From positions 8,494,001-8,558,000 of the forward strand of contig NC_043018.1 in assembly GCF_006345805.1 (NCBI RefSeq): a stretch of DNA of 64,000 nt. The letters are read 5' to 3'. The stretch is from Octopus sinensis (lineage: Eukaryota). A model generated the notes under the pieces. It was not told the DNA's origin, did not search any database, and saw only the letters and a list, made by a program, of their open reading frames with translations. The first letter of the stretch is position 1; each line of letters begins with the position of its first letter. Below, one piece after another: positions 39,616 to 50,842 of this stretch. Both the position numbers and the translations under genes were made by a program.

Positions 39616-40624
39616 TGTAGCGTATCTGATATCCTCACTGTTTGAGAGACACAATAAGAATGATCTCGTTTGAGATTACAGCCATCTTTGGCTGGATTGA
39701 CCCTGTTGTGTCCACTGATCTGATTGGTTGGCAGCTGGCGCAGTCTGTCTCCCTACTTATTTCGCGCCAGAGTGAAAAGCAACCAATCACGGCCTTCGGA
39801 TAAGGTCTGCTTCTTTGAGCCCACCACAGGCTTTATAAGGTGCTTGTTTTTACTATTCTCCGTCTTTCGACTTTCTAAGGTCTAGTCACTGACCACAGAG
39901 CTACTCAGCCATGTTCCAGTTTCCAGCGACAGACGACCAGTCAGCCAGCCCTGCTATTGCTCCAGCTATGAAGACGCTATTATATACCAGCGAAAGACAG
40001 AACGTTGTCTATCTCCACCACCATCACCAACGTCGTCTAAATCTCCATCGTCGCCATTCTACCGTCAACAACATGTACACATCAACAACACCGACCAAGT
40101 TTAACTCACGCTGTTAGAGTGAACCTTTCACCAAGTATAAGAGTCAGTCCATCTAAAGAAATACTATATAAAGAGACTCAGCTCGGCGTCGAGGCTCCAA
40201 CCGCTGCATATTCGCCCAACCGGCCTCCGCCTTGAGACAACATCTTGTTATAGAACTCTTGCTATCATGTACCATATGAACTGGTAATCTAAACTCTATG
40301 CTGAGATTCATCTTATGCTCTGTATTCTGTATTTCTGTTTTATGTGCATACACCAATTGTCTGTACTTTCTGTCACATACACAAACATTTGTTGTATGCT
40401 CACATACGCTCCATCCTGCTAGCACTCACAACTCTCACTTTAACACCTTGTAAATAAAGTCTTCTCTTTCAAACAGAGGAATGGTTTGTTGTCCTTCATT
40501 ATATCTTTTGGCACTGTATTCATGTCATGTATCTGGCTTCTCTTATTTTGTTAGGGGCGACCGTGTGACGTCAAAAGGAGACATTTGTCGCCAACCTCCT
40601 TACGTACGGTCGTATAACCCTACA
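39616..40624 (+). mobile_element. Solo LTR (1009 bp), probably Ty3/Gypsy type
   Basis: TGTAG...CTACA inverted termini and a 4-bp TSD AGAT (39612-39615 / 40625-40628). Internal CCAAT boxes (39723 reverse, 39783), TATAA (39834) and AATAAA (40453). Confidence 0.85.
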
Positions 40625-40907
40625 AGATCATATAAATACACAATCTAAATTAGTTGATTGTTTAACAATGACACTAAATAACCTAAGAAATCAATAGACA
40701 TAGCAATGCCAAAGATAGAGATAGATGGATAGATAAACAAATAGATTGATTGGATGAAGACAGACATATAGACTATATTCAATATATAGTAGTATTTATA
40801 TTGTAACTAAGCTTTTCACTGCAATTTGCCAGGGAGAAAAAAAAATCTAATTTAAAACAAAATAGGTGTTTCAACACCTTGCTCAACTCAGAGGGCTCGT
40901 TATTGAA

Positions 40908-40950
40908 CTGATGGACGCGTTTCAAACTCATTAGTTCTCTTCAGCACCAG
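40908..40950 (-). ncRNA. Minimal type I hammerhead ribozyme motif (Penelope-like-element type)
   Basis: CUGGUG-CUGAAGA-GAACU(AAUG)AGUUU-GAAA-CGCG-UC^-CAUCAG. Intact core, stems I and II pair, palindromic stem III, GUC cleavage triplet. Confidence 0.8.
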
Positions 40951-41029
40951 ATGCCAAGGCAGGTAACTCTAAGTTGATTTTAACACCTTTTTGCCTTAAG
41001 CGAAAATTTTTTCTCTACAACAAACTACA

Positions 41030-41080
41030 GCTTTTACAAGTTCAAAGCTTTTACAAGTTCAAAGCTTTTACAAGTTCAAA
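41030..41080. repeat. 17-bp tandem repeat x3 (cttttacaagttcaaag)
   Basis: Direct inspection. Confidence 0.9.
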
Positions 41081-41302
41081 TACATTTGAAGCATATTTGA
41101 ACTGGTCTTAAGTTGATAGAATTAGGATGGTCCATGGCACTGATAATATTGACTGTGATCCTTACTACTCAGCAAGAAGTCTAGGTTTGTAAGGGCTGGG
41201 CCCCAATATTAGGGGAAAGAAACAGATACTGAGAAAATACAAAGAAAGAAATTTTTTGTTAAAAACATAAAAAAGGGAAGGGTGAATAAGAAAAGGAAAA
41301 AT

Positions 41303-41724
41303 GGATCTTTTCGGTTTGAACGGCAGTTTTTTCTGGCGGTGTCATATGAAATTGTCACCCATAATTATGACCCTAGTATCAATCTATTGCATTTCAATCT
41401 ATTTTAGGGTAGGGGTTGGTAGGTTAGAGGTGGGGGGAAGGGTATCTTTTTTTCTTCACAAATGTAAATAAACCCAATCTGTTTCTTAAACGAAGGACAT
41501 ATTCATACGGCACAATGTTTTTTACCTCAATAGACGTCAGTGATTGGTTGAAATAGCAGAAATTGAAGAAAAAAACAACAAATATCTTACAAACTATAGA
41601 ATTTTCTCAATAAAGCCAAGAGAAAAAGATGTTTTATAAACACTTTCTACCAGTATACGAAGTTTAAAGTTTTTTAGTTACCTAGAAATTATGTTAAAAA
41701 CTGCCGTTCAAACCGAAAAGATCC
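41303..41724. mobile_element. MITE with GG termini and an 8-bp TSD (Merlin-like). Other copies at 55898-56307, about 56645-57033, 58511-58738 (truncated) and about 55455-55672 (partial)
   Basis: TIR ggatcttttcggtttgaacggcagtttt and TSD ggaaaaat on both sides. The copy at 55898 has TSD gattttgc/gattctgc. Confidence 0.85.
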
Positions 41725-41749
41725 GGAAAAATACATTAAAAAAACTTAC

Positions 41750-41844
41750 TCTTTAGCGAAAGCTAATTCTGCAGGTGAAAATAACGAGTGTTCTTCATCT
41801 TCACTGCTGTCCTTGTTGATATAATGAGCAGCATGAGATTGGAT
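41750..41844 (-). CDS. GINS4: GINS4/SLD5 coding exon 4 (IQSHAAHYINKDSSEDEEHSLFSPAELAFAK-E)
   Basis: cttcag| acceptor, |gtaagt donor, 95 nt (phase 0 to 2). 'SPAELAFAKE' corresponds to human 'SPEELAFARE'. Confidence 0.96.
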
Positions 41845-42133
41845 CTGAAGTGATTGAATGAGGGAATAAGTGAGATGTTTGGAGGGAGGAAGGAAGGAAG
41901 GGAGATGGATGGATGGAGCAGAGGAGGAGGAAAAGGATGAATGAATGATAAGTAGCTAGATAAACTGACAGACAGACAGACAGACACATGGAGGATGGAT
42001 GAACAGAGACAAATGGAAGGACACACAGACAAGTAGAGGAATGGCTAGGCAGATAGATAAATAGATGGACAGTGGAATGGATGAACAATGAGATGGACAA
42101 ATAGGTAGACAGGTAAAGAGATAGTATAACAAT

Positions 42134-43110
42134 ATACAAGGTAATTCAAAATGAATGGTACAAAAAGAAAGCACACCTGTGAATGTTGTAACGAATATAT
42201 TACTAAAAAAAACAGGTGTAACATGAAAGGCTATCTCTTCAAGTTTCTACCGACAGTCACAGATATTCAACATGGGTGCTCTTTGCCACATGGCAGATGT
42301 CTACACGATAGTCTAGTTCTTGCCACACCAGTGCCAGCAGCATATCCTGATCAACCGAGTTGACTGTGCCACCTATCACCTAAAGGCGACGATCTGGCAG
42401 AAACGTTAGCACACCGGGCAAAATGCGTAGCCGTATTTCGTCTGCCGTTACATTCTGGGTTCAAATTCCGCCGAGGTCGACTTTGCCTTTCATCCTTTCG
42501 GGGGTCGATAAATTAAGTACCAGTTACGCACTGGGGAGATCGATGTAATTGACTTAATCCGTTTGTCTGTCCTTGTTTGTCCTCTCTGTGTTTAGCCCCT
42601 TGTGGGTAGTAAAGAAATAGGTATCACCTATCCGCAGAAATTGAAGAAAAAAAACAACAAATATCTTACAAACTAATGAATTTTCTCAATAAAGCCAAGA
42701 GAAAAAGATGTTTTCAGGCATCTGCTCTGGCAAGATGTTGTGGAAGTCGGGGTATGAACACTGTCTCTCAGAGACCCTCCCCACAAAGGAAAGAGTCACA
42801 AGATAGCTAGGTCAGGGGACCTAAGGGGCCAGACCTTCAATGGCAAACCATTGCCCTAGCACAGCAATCCAACATTCTGGAAGATGCTGGTTGAGGTAAT
42901 TGCATACACATATATACCAATGTGGCAGAAACCCCCATCTTGCTGCTTAATGAAGTTGGGTACCTCTTCTGTTGGCTGGGGACAACAACCAAATGGACAG
43001 CATGACAAGGTAGGTGCACTCTTTAACGATGGACCATACGTTTTGTATTACCTTGTATTTGCAAACAACAACTTGAGGTTGACAACGAATGTGATTTCCC
43101 CAGTAAGAGA
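42134..43110 (-). mobile_element. Tc1/mariner-superfamily remnant interrupted by a SINE B copy and a MITE fragment
   Basis: Minus-strand fragments 'QQDG' and 'WPLRSPDLAIL' (WPPRSPDL-like) around 42790-42950. Confidence 0.6.
42385..42621 (+). mobile_element. SINE family B (ctggcagaaacgttagc...gactttgcctttcatcctttcggggtcgataaattaagtacc). Others at about 1620-1810(-), 9060-9235(-), 15020-15360(-), 21080-21520(-), 28425-28660(+), 35510-36500(+, array), 36970-37150(+)
   Basis: Dispersed copies share a B-box-like 'gttcaaattcc' and a conserved central domain. This copy is flanked by the short direct repeat 'tatcaccta'. Confidence 0.85.
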
Positions 43111-45663
43111 TGCACAGGCACAAAAGTGGCTGAGGTAAGTAGCTTGCTTACCAACCACATGGTTCTGGGTTCAGTCCAACTATGTGGCACCTTGGGCAAG
43201 TATCTTCTACTATAGCCTTGGGCTGATCAAAGCCTTGTAAGTGGATTTGGTAGATGGAAACTGAAGGAAGCCCATCGTGTGTGTGTGTATGTTTGTGTGT
43301 CTGTCCCCACGACATTGCTTGACAACTGATGCTGGTGTGTTTACATCCCTGTAACTTAGTGGTTCAGCAAAAGAGGCTGATAGAATAAGTACTAGGCTTA
43401 CAAAGAATAAGTCCTGGGGGTTGATTTGCTTGACAAAAGGCAGTGCTCCAGCATGGCCACAGTCAAAAGACTGAAACAAGTAAAAAATTTTTTAAAAAAG
43501 CTCAATCCTAGTAAAAGAGATTAAAGATTTTTTTTTTCCATCCAATATTTACAAATAAATAAAAGTATTTGGTCAGCTGAAGGCTTCAGTAGAAGACACT
43601 TACCCAAAGTGACACACAGTGTGATTGAACCCAGAACAATGTGGTTCAAAAGCAAGCTTCTTACCACAAAAAGACACACACACACATATATATATATACA
43701 TTCTTGGGCTTCCACATAGTTTCCACCTACTAAACTCACTTACAAGGCTATAAGACACTTGCTAAAAGTGCCATGCAGTGGGACTGAAACTGAAACCATG
43801 TGGTTGCAAAACAAGCATCTTAACCACACAACCATGTCTGCACACTATTTATATTCAAATCTTTGACATGGATCTGCACAAATATATTCCAAACATCCAT
43901 ACAGCATTTCAGTTAACCTTCAGAATACAGTCAGGCAGCTGACCCACTGACCTGGAACTTTTGGGCTAGAAAGATAATCTTGGAGTGGCTGTGTGGTAAA
44001 TAGCTTGCTTACCAACCATAGTGTTCCGGGTTCAGTCCCACTGCGTGGCACCTTGGGCAAGTGTCTTCTACTATAGCCTCGGGCCGACCAAAGCCTTTGA
44101 GTGTATTTGGTAGACGGAAACTGAAAGAAGCCCGTTGTATATATGTGTGTGCGTGTGTGTGTCTCCCCAACATTGCTTGACAACCGATGCTGGTTTGTTT
44201 ACATCCTCCTAACTTAGCAGCTTGGCAAAAGAGACCAATAGAATAAGTACTAGGCTTACAAAGAATAAGTCCTGGGGTCGATTTGTTCGACTAAAAGTGG
44301 TGCTCCAGCATGGCCACAGTCAAATGATTGAAACAAGTAAAAATGTGTGTGTGTGTCTAATTTTATCAAGTTGATGGATGGATCCATACATGCATGCGTG
44401 TATATGATTAATGAGAAAGACGGAAGATAAAAGATGCGAAAATGTTTATTAATCACCACAATTGTTTCGACCCATCTAGCAATGATCCCTCATGGGTGGG
44501 ATACTAAACAACTGGTTAAGGAGTATCCATCAGCATAGATGTGTCTCTTCAGGTGATTACAAGACGTATCCCAGTAAAACAACTGTTCCACAAGATACCT
44601 TCTCGGTTTGCGTATAGAAAAGCAGCATGTGTGTATGGACATGTGTTCTTTATTGGGTTACCAGTTTATAATTTGTGTGTGTAAATACACTTTACCATCA
44701 TCATCATCGTTTAATGTCCGCTTTCCATGCTGGCATGGGTTGGACGATTTTGACTGAGGGCTGGCGAACCAAATGGCTGCACCAGGCTCCAATCTTGATC
44801 AGAGTTTCTACAGCTGGATGCCCTTCCTAATGCCAACCACACCGAAAAATTTCAAAGCCATGAGATAATGTGTGATTAATTCAAAACAATGTGATCTGAA
44901 TTCTAGAGTCTTGTATCATTGAACTGAGAGCAGCTTCAGGTGGAATGGTATCACAGAGATTAATAAAAAGAAGAGCGATTTATACAAAAGAAATATGGGT
45001 TAAACAAGCTTTCCATGCTAGCATGGGTTGGACGATTTTGACTGAGGGCTGGTGAACCAGATGGTTGCACCAGGCTCCAATCTTGATTTGGCAGAGTTTC
45101 TACAGCTGGATGCCCTTCCTAATGCCAACCACTCCGAGAGTGTAGTGGGTGCTTTTTACATGCCTCCGGCACGGGGGCCAGTCAGGCAGTACTGGCAACG
45201 ACCTCGCTTGAATCTTTTTACACATTTCACTGGCACAGGTAGCCAGTAAGGCGACTTTGGTAACGATCACGCTCGAATGGTGCCCTTTTATGTGCCACTG
45301 GCACAGAAGCCAGTTGGCTGCTCTGGCAACGACCACGCTCGGATGGTGCTCTTGGCACCCTACTAGCACATGCACAAGTACCAATAAGGCGATGCTGGTT
45401 ACTATTTTACCAGGTTACTATTTTCCAAATGTGTATGTTTGTACTTGTTTAAACTTTTCAGTCTCTTAAGATTCAGATTTTCTTTCTTTTTATATAAATT
45501 CGAATAACAATACACTTTACGTATATTTTAAAATTGGTTTCCATCTTTCTCAGGTGCAGAAACATCAATGTCCTTTATCTTTAAAAAAAAAAAAGAGTAA
45601 AAAAAATCAAAGATACTGAGTTGTCATCTAAGAACAGATAAAAAAATTAAAAGTGCTTCTTAC

Positions 45664-45717
45664 CTTTTCTAGACGTATTCGTAAATAACTGTTCAACACA
45701 AACCTCACTCGGTCCAG
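45664..45717 (-). CDS. GINS4: GINS4/SLD5 coding exon 3 (LDRVRFVLNSYLRIRLEK)
   Basis: tttctag| acceptor, |gtaaga donor, 54 nt. Matches the GINS A-domain motif R.R....SYLR.RL.K. Confidence 0.97.
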
Positions 45718-46042
45718 CTAGAAATTGAAAATAAAAGATTCAGAATTTAGAAGTAAGTGCGTGTAGGTGCGCACATGTATGTGTGTGTGTGTGTGTGTGT
45801 GTGTAACTTTCATCTTTTATTTGTTTCAGTCATTAGAATGCGACCATGCTGGGGTACTACCATGAAGAAATTTTAGTTGAATGTATCAGTTCCAGTACTT
45901 TAATCTTTTTTAAAAGCCTGGTATTTATTCCATTACTTCCTTTTGCCAAATCGCTAGTTTATGGGGGATGTAAACACACCAACACCAAATTGTCAAGCAA
46001 CAGGGAGGGGGAAGAGCAAAATGCAAAGATACCCACACAAAG

Positions 46043-46107
<65 letters not shown>

Positions 46108-46489
46108 TATATAGCGAAGACCTGTTGAGGCAGGACACTAAACTCTGCTTGAGAAGACCTGTTGAGCCAAGTGAAATTAAAATCAAATTTGACGACTGGC
46201 ATCTGTGCTAGTGGAGCGCTAAGAGCACCATCCGAGTGTGATTGTTGCCAGAGCAGATCAGATTGGAGCCTGGTGCAGCCATCTGGTTCGCCAGTGAAAT
46301 CATCCAACCCATGCTAGCATGGAAAGCAGACATTAAACGATGATGATGATGATATATATATAACCGTGATCACTGTGACCAACCAGGCTATCAGATGTTA
46401 CTACACATCGCTGGTCACAATGTGCTTCACATTGTTTTAGCCTTCAAATGACGCTGCCCCACTGGCTAAGCGAGGAGGCCAACATATAT

Positions 46490-47065
46490 ATATAAAATTG
46501 AAGAAACTGGAGTCAACAAGAAGGAGTACAGTTGAACAGTTATTTTTTAATCACTACAGCTGTTTCCACACAACGTAGTCCTCCAAAAATAAAGGTAGTT
46601 GATTATGCAGCTGTTTGCTTGCATAATGAGATCTAGTTGTGTTTCCTCAGGTGATATTCAAGTGTTGTCTCCATTAGTTTAAAATCTTTGGCTTCAAGTC
46701 CATTCCATCTGTCTGTCTGGGTTTGAATTTATGGTGGCTGGTAAAATTATGTTGTTTGCTGCCAGAATGAGTTTGGCACTCATAGCAGTTCGCCAAACGC
46801 ACTCTGACAGCAAACAACATAAAACTAGCAGCTACTATAAATTCAAACCAAGACAGATAAATGGGATGGACTTGAAGATGAAGATTTTAAACTAATGAAT
46901 ATCATCTGAGGAAACACAACTACATCTCATTATGCAAACAAACAGATGCATAATCAAATACTTGTATTTTGGGAGAACTACATTGCATGGAAACAATTGT
47001 GGTAATTAAAAAATAACTGTTCAACCACACTCCTTCTTGTTGACTCCAATTCCTTCAATTTTATA
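46490..47065. mobile_element. Inverted (foldback) Penelope-like pseudo-LTR pair, each arm with a hammerhead-like motif (46550-46655 minus; 46901-47006 plus)
   Basis: Arms of about 280 bp are diverged reverse complements. Each contains CTGAGGA...GAAAC followed by a palindrome. Confidence 0.7.
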
Positions 47066-47206
47066 ATCACACAAGACAAATGGTCAAACATAAACTTGGA
47101 AGCATAAAATAATGCTACTGGATAATATTGGATAACTCTGTGGGTGGAAGAGCTTTATGCTGTACTCTGCCAAATGCCTAACAGAATATACCATAACTAT
47201 ATATAT

Positions 47207-49120
47207 CATCATCATCATCATCATCATCATTTAGCGTCCGTTTTCCATGCTAGCATGGGTTGGACGGTTCAACTGGGGTCTGGGGAGCCCGAAGGCTGCA
47301 CCAGGCCAGTCAGATCTGGCAGTGTTTCTACAGCTGGATGCCCTTCCTAACGCCAACCACTCCGAGAGTGTAGTGGGTGATTTTATGTGCCACCGACACA
47401 GGTGCCAGACGAGGCTGGCGAACGGCCACGCTCGGATGGTGTTTTTATGTGCCACCGACACAGGTGCCAGACGAGGCTGGCAGACGGCCACGCTCGGATG
47501 GTGTTTTTATGTGCCACCGACACAGGTGCCAGACGAGGCTGGCAGACGGCCACGCTCGGATGGTGTTTTTATGTGCCACCGACACAGGTGCCAGATGAGG
47601 CTGGCGGACGGCCACGATCGGATGGTGTTTGTTACGTCCCCAAAGCACGGAGGCCAGTCTATGCGGTACTGGCTACGGCCACGTTCGGATGATTTTCTTG
47701 TGTGCCACCGGCACTGGTACCACAAAGATACAAATTCCATTTATGTTCATCTATTTTGATTTGTTTTGATTTGATTTGATTTTGATTTTCACTTGCCTCA
47801 ACAGGTCTTCACAAGTGTCACAAGAAGGAAGGTATGCACAGGTGGACTGTCTACGTCGCCGGGTCTTCGGATGGTGTCTTTATGTGCCACCGACACAGGT
47901 GCCAGATGTGGCTGGCGAACGGCCACGATCGGATGGTTTTCTTGTGTGCCACCGGTACTGGAACCACAAAGATACAAATTCCATTGATGTTCATCTATTT
48001 TGATTTGGTTTGATTTTCACTTGCCTCAACAGGTCTTCACAAGTGTCACGCGTGTCACACACTTGCCTCAACAGGTCTCCACAAGTGTCACACACTTGCC
48101 TCTGCCTCAACAGGTCTTCACAAAGTGTCACACACTTGCCTCTGCCTCAACAGGTCTTCACAAGTGTCATAAGAGGGAAGGTATGCACAGGTGGACTGAC
48201 TACGTCGCCGGGTCTTTGGATGGTGTTTTTATGTGCCACCGACACAGGTGCCAGGTGAGGCTGGCGAACGGCCACGATCAGATGGTGTTTGTTGTGCCCA
48301 CAGCACGGAGGCCAGTCGATGCGGTGATGCGGTACCAGCTACGGCCACGTTCGGATGGTTTTCTTGTGTGCCACCGGTACTGGAACCACAAAGATACAAA
48401 TTCCATTGATATTCATCTATTTTGATTTGGTTTGATTTTCACTTGCCTCAACAGGTCTTCACAAGGGTCACACACTTGCCTCAACGGGTCTCCACAAGTG
48501 TCACACACTTGCCTCTGCCTCAACAGGTCTTCACAAGTGTCACACACTTGCCTCAACAGGTCTTCACAAGTGTCATAAGAGGGAAGGTATGCACAGGTGG
48601 ACTGACTACGTCGCCGGGTCTTCGGATGGTGTCTTTATGTGCCACCGGCACAGGTGCCAGATGAGGCTGGCGAACGGCCACGATCGGATGGTGTTTGTTG
48701 TGCCCACAGCACGGAGGCCAGTCGATGCGGTACTGGTTACGGCCACGTTTGGGTGGTTTTCTTGTGTGCCACCGGCACTGGTACCACAAAGAATACAATT
48801 CCACTGATGTTCATCTATTTTGATTTGTTTTGATTTGATTGGATTTGATTTTCACTTGCCTCAACAGGTCTTCATAAGTGTCACAAGAAGGAAGGTATGC
48901 ACAGGACTGACTACGTCCCAGGTCGGGGCCACGGGTTATGGCCTGACTAGTCTTGCCGGGTCTTCTCATGCACAGCATACTTCCATAGGTCTCGGTCTCT
49001 AGACATTTCCTTAGTGAGACCTAAAGTTCGAAGGTCGTGCTTCACCACCTCGTCCCAGGTTTTCCTGGGTCTACCTCTTCCACAGGTTCCCTCCACTGCT
49101 AGGGTGTAGCACTTTTGCAC
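47207..49120 (-). mobile_element. RTE LINE 3' fragment with a 3' UTR expanded by nested tandem duplications
   Basis: The minus strand encodes VQKCYTLAVEGTCGRGRPRKTWDEVVKHDLRTLGLTKEMSRDRDLWKYAVHEKTRQD*. Repeated UTR modules follow, then a (GAT)n tail at about 47207-47230. Confidence 0.85.
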
Positions 49121-50842
49121 ATAAGCGTAGGAGTGGCTGTGTGGTAAGTAGCTTGCTTACCAACCACATAGTTCTGGGTTCAGCCCCGCTGTGTGGCACC
49201 TTGGGCAAATGTCTTCTACTATAGCCTTGGGCCGACCAAAGCCTTGTGAGTGGATTTGGTAGACGGAAACTGAAAGAAGCCCGTCGTATATATGTATATC
49301 TGTATGTGTGTGTATATGTTTGTGTGTCTGTTTGTCCCCACAACATCACTTGACAACAGATGCTGGTGCATTTACGCCCCCGTAACTTAGCAGTTTGGAA
49401 AAAGAGATCGATAGAATAAGTACTAGGCTTACAAAGAATAAGTCCTGGGGTCGATTTGGTCGACTAAAGGTGGTGCTCCAGCATAGCCACAGTCAAATGA
49501 CTGAAACAAGTAAAAGAGTAAAGAGAATGTATATATATATATATATATATATGCGTGTGTGTGTATGTATACACATATATATATATATATATACATTTCG
49601 TTTTTGGATTTGCAATTTTCGTTGCATCTTGCAACCTTTTCAATAGTCTTTTCAACCTTTTGAAAAGGTTGCAAGATGCAACGAAAATTTTAAGACAATA
49701 AAAATAAGAAATAAGTGGAAATTTTACCAGTGAGTGTGTTAAATTATAAGGCACAAAAAGAAAATGACTCTCCCCAGACACAACTAAATAATGTACTGAT
49801 CTGTGATAGAAAATTCAACAAAAAATGTACTCAATCTGGTGAGAGATAAATATTATTTATTTAAAGGTCACAATGCATGTATTAAAGTGCTATTAATAGT
49901 TTCATATGTTGAGAAATACTCAAACATGTTCTTCAGGTGCAAACCACATATAACGAACTAAAGAAATTGAATAATAGAAAAAATGCACAAAAACTGAGAA
50001 GGCAACATATAGAAAATGCACACAGTAACAATGGAAAACAGAAAATGAAAACAGAAACGAAAATGTCAGAAGTCAAAAAAAGTAAAAAGGTTAAAAAGCT
50101 CTCCTCCTTAGACCTTAAATAAGACTGGAAAGATATGAAATCAGTCGGGAATAGGCGGAATTTTCAAATTCTTCAGAATACCCGGCAGGACAAGTGAGAC
50201 CCGTGGCCTCTACATGGGATGTAGCCAGTCCACTTATGCATACCATTCCTTCTTGGTAGACAAAACTCTACTTGTGAAGACCTGTTGAGGCAAGTGAAAA
50301 TCGAAATCGATCAACATCAATGGAAATTGCAGCTGTGATACCAGTGCCGGTGGTCCGTAAGAGAACCATCCAAACGTGGCCGATGCGAGCGCCGCCCCGA
50401 CTGGCCTCGCACCGGTGGCACGTAAAAAGCACCATCTGATCGTGGCCGTTTGCCAGCCTCGTCTGGCACCTGTGCAGGTGACACGTAAAAAGCACCCACT
50501 ACACTCACAGAGTGGTTGGCATTAGGAAGAGCATCCAGCCGTAGAAACACTACCAGATCAGACTGGGCCTGGTGCAGCCTCCTGGCTTCCCAGAACCCAG
50601 TTGAACCATCCAACCCATGATAGCATGGAAAACGGACGCTAAACGAAGATGATGATGATATGCGTACAACCAAGCAGCGTTATTTATTTCCAGTATTGGT
50701 AACAAGTGAGGGTTGGCGACAGGAGGAACACCTAACCATTAACAAAATCTTCTTTAACAAATTCCGTCTAATCTCCACGCCAGCGTGGATAAGTGGACTT
50801 TAAATGGTGATGTAGCCTTTTTCTAAAGACAATAAAATGTGA

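Noticed and set aside
39911-40117. 68-aa ORF downstream of a CCAAT/TATA promoter
   Set aside because: It lies inside the solo LTR and has no recognisable domain.
47247-48833. Overlapping ORFs with repeated CHRHRC/VPDEAG motifs; also a superficial CRISPR-like periodicity
   Set aside because: These are tandem modules of an RTE 3' UTR. There are no unique spacers or cas genes, and the context is eukaryotic.
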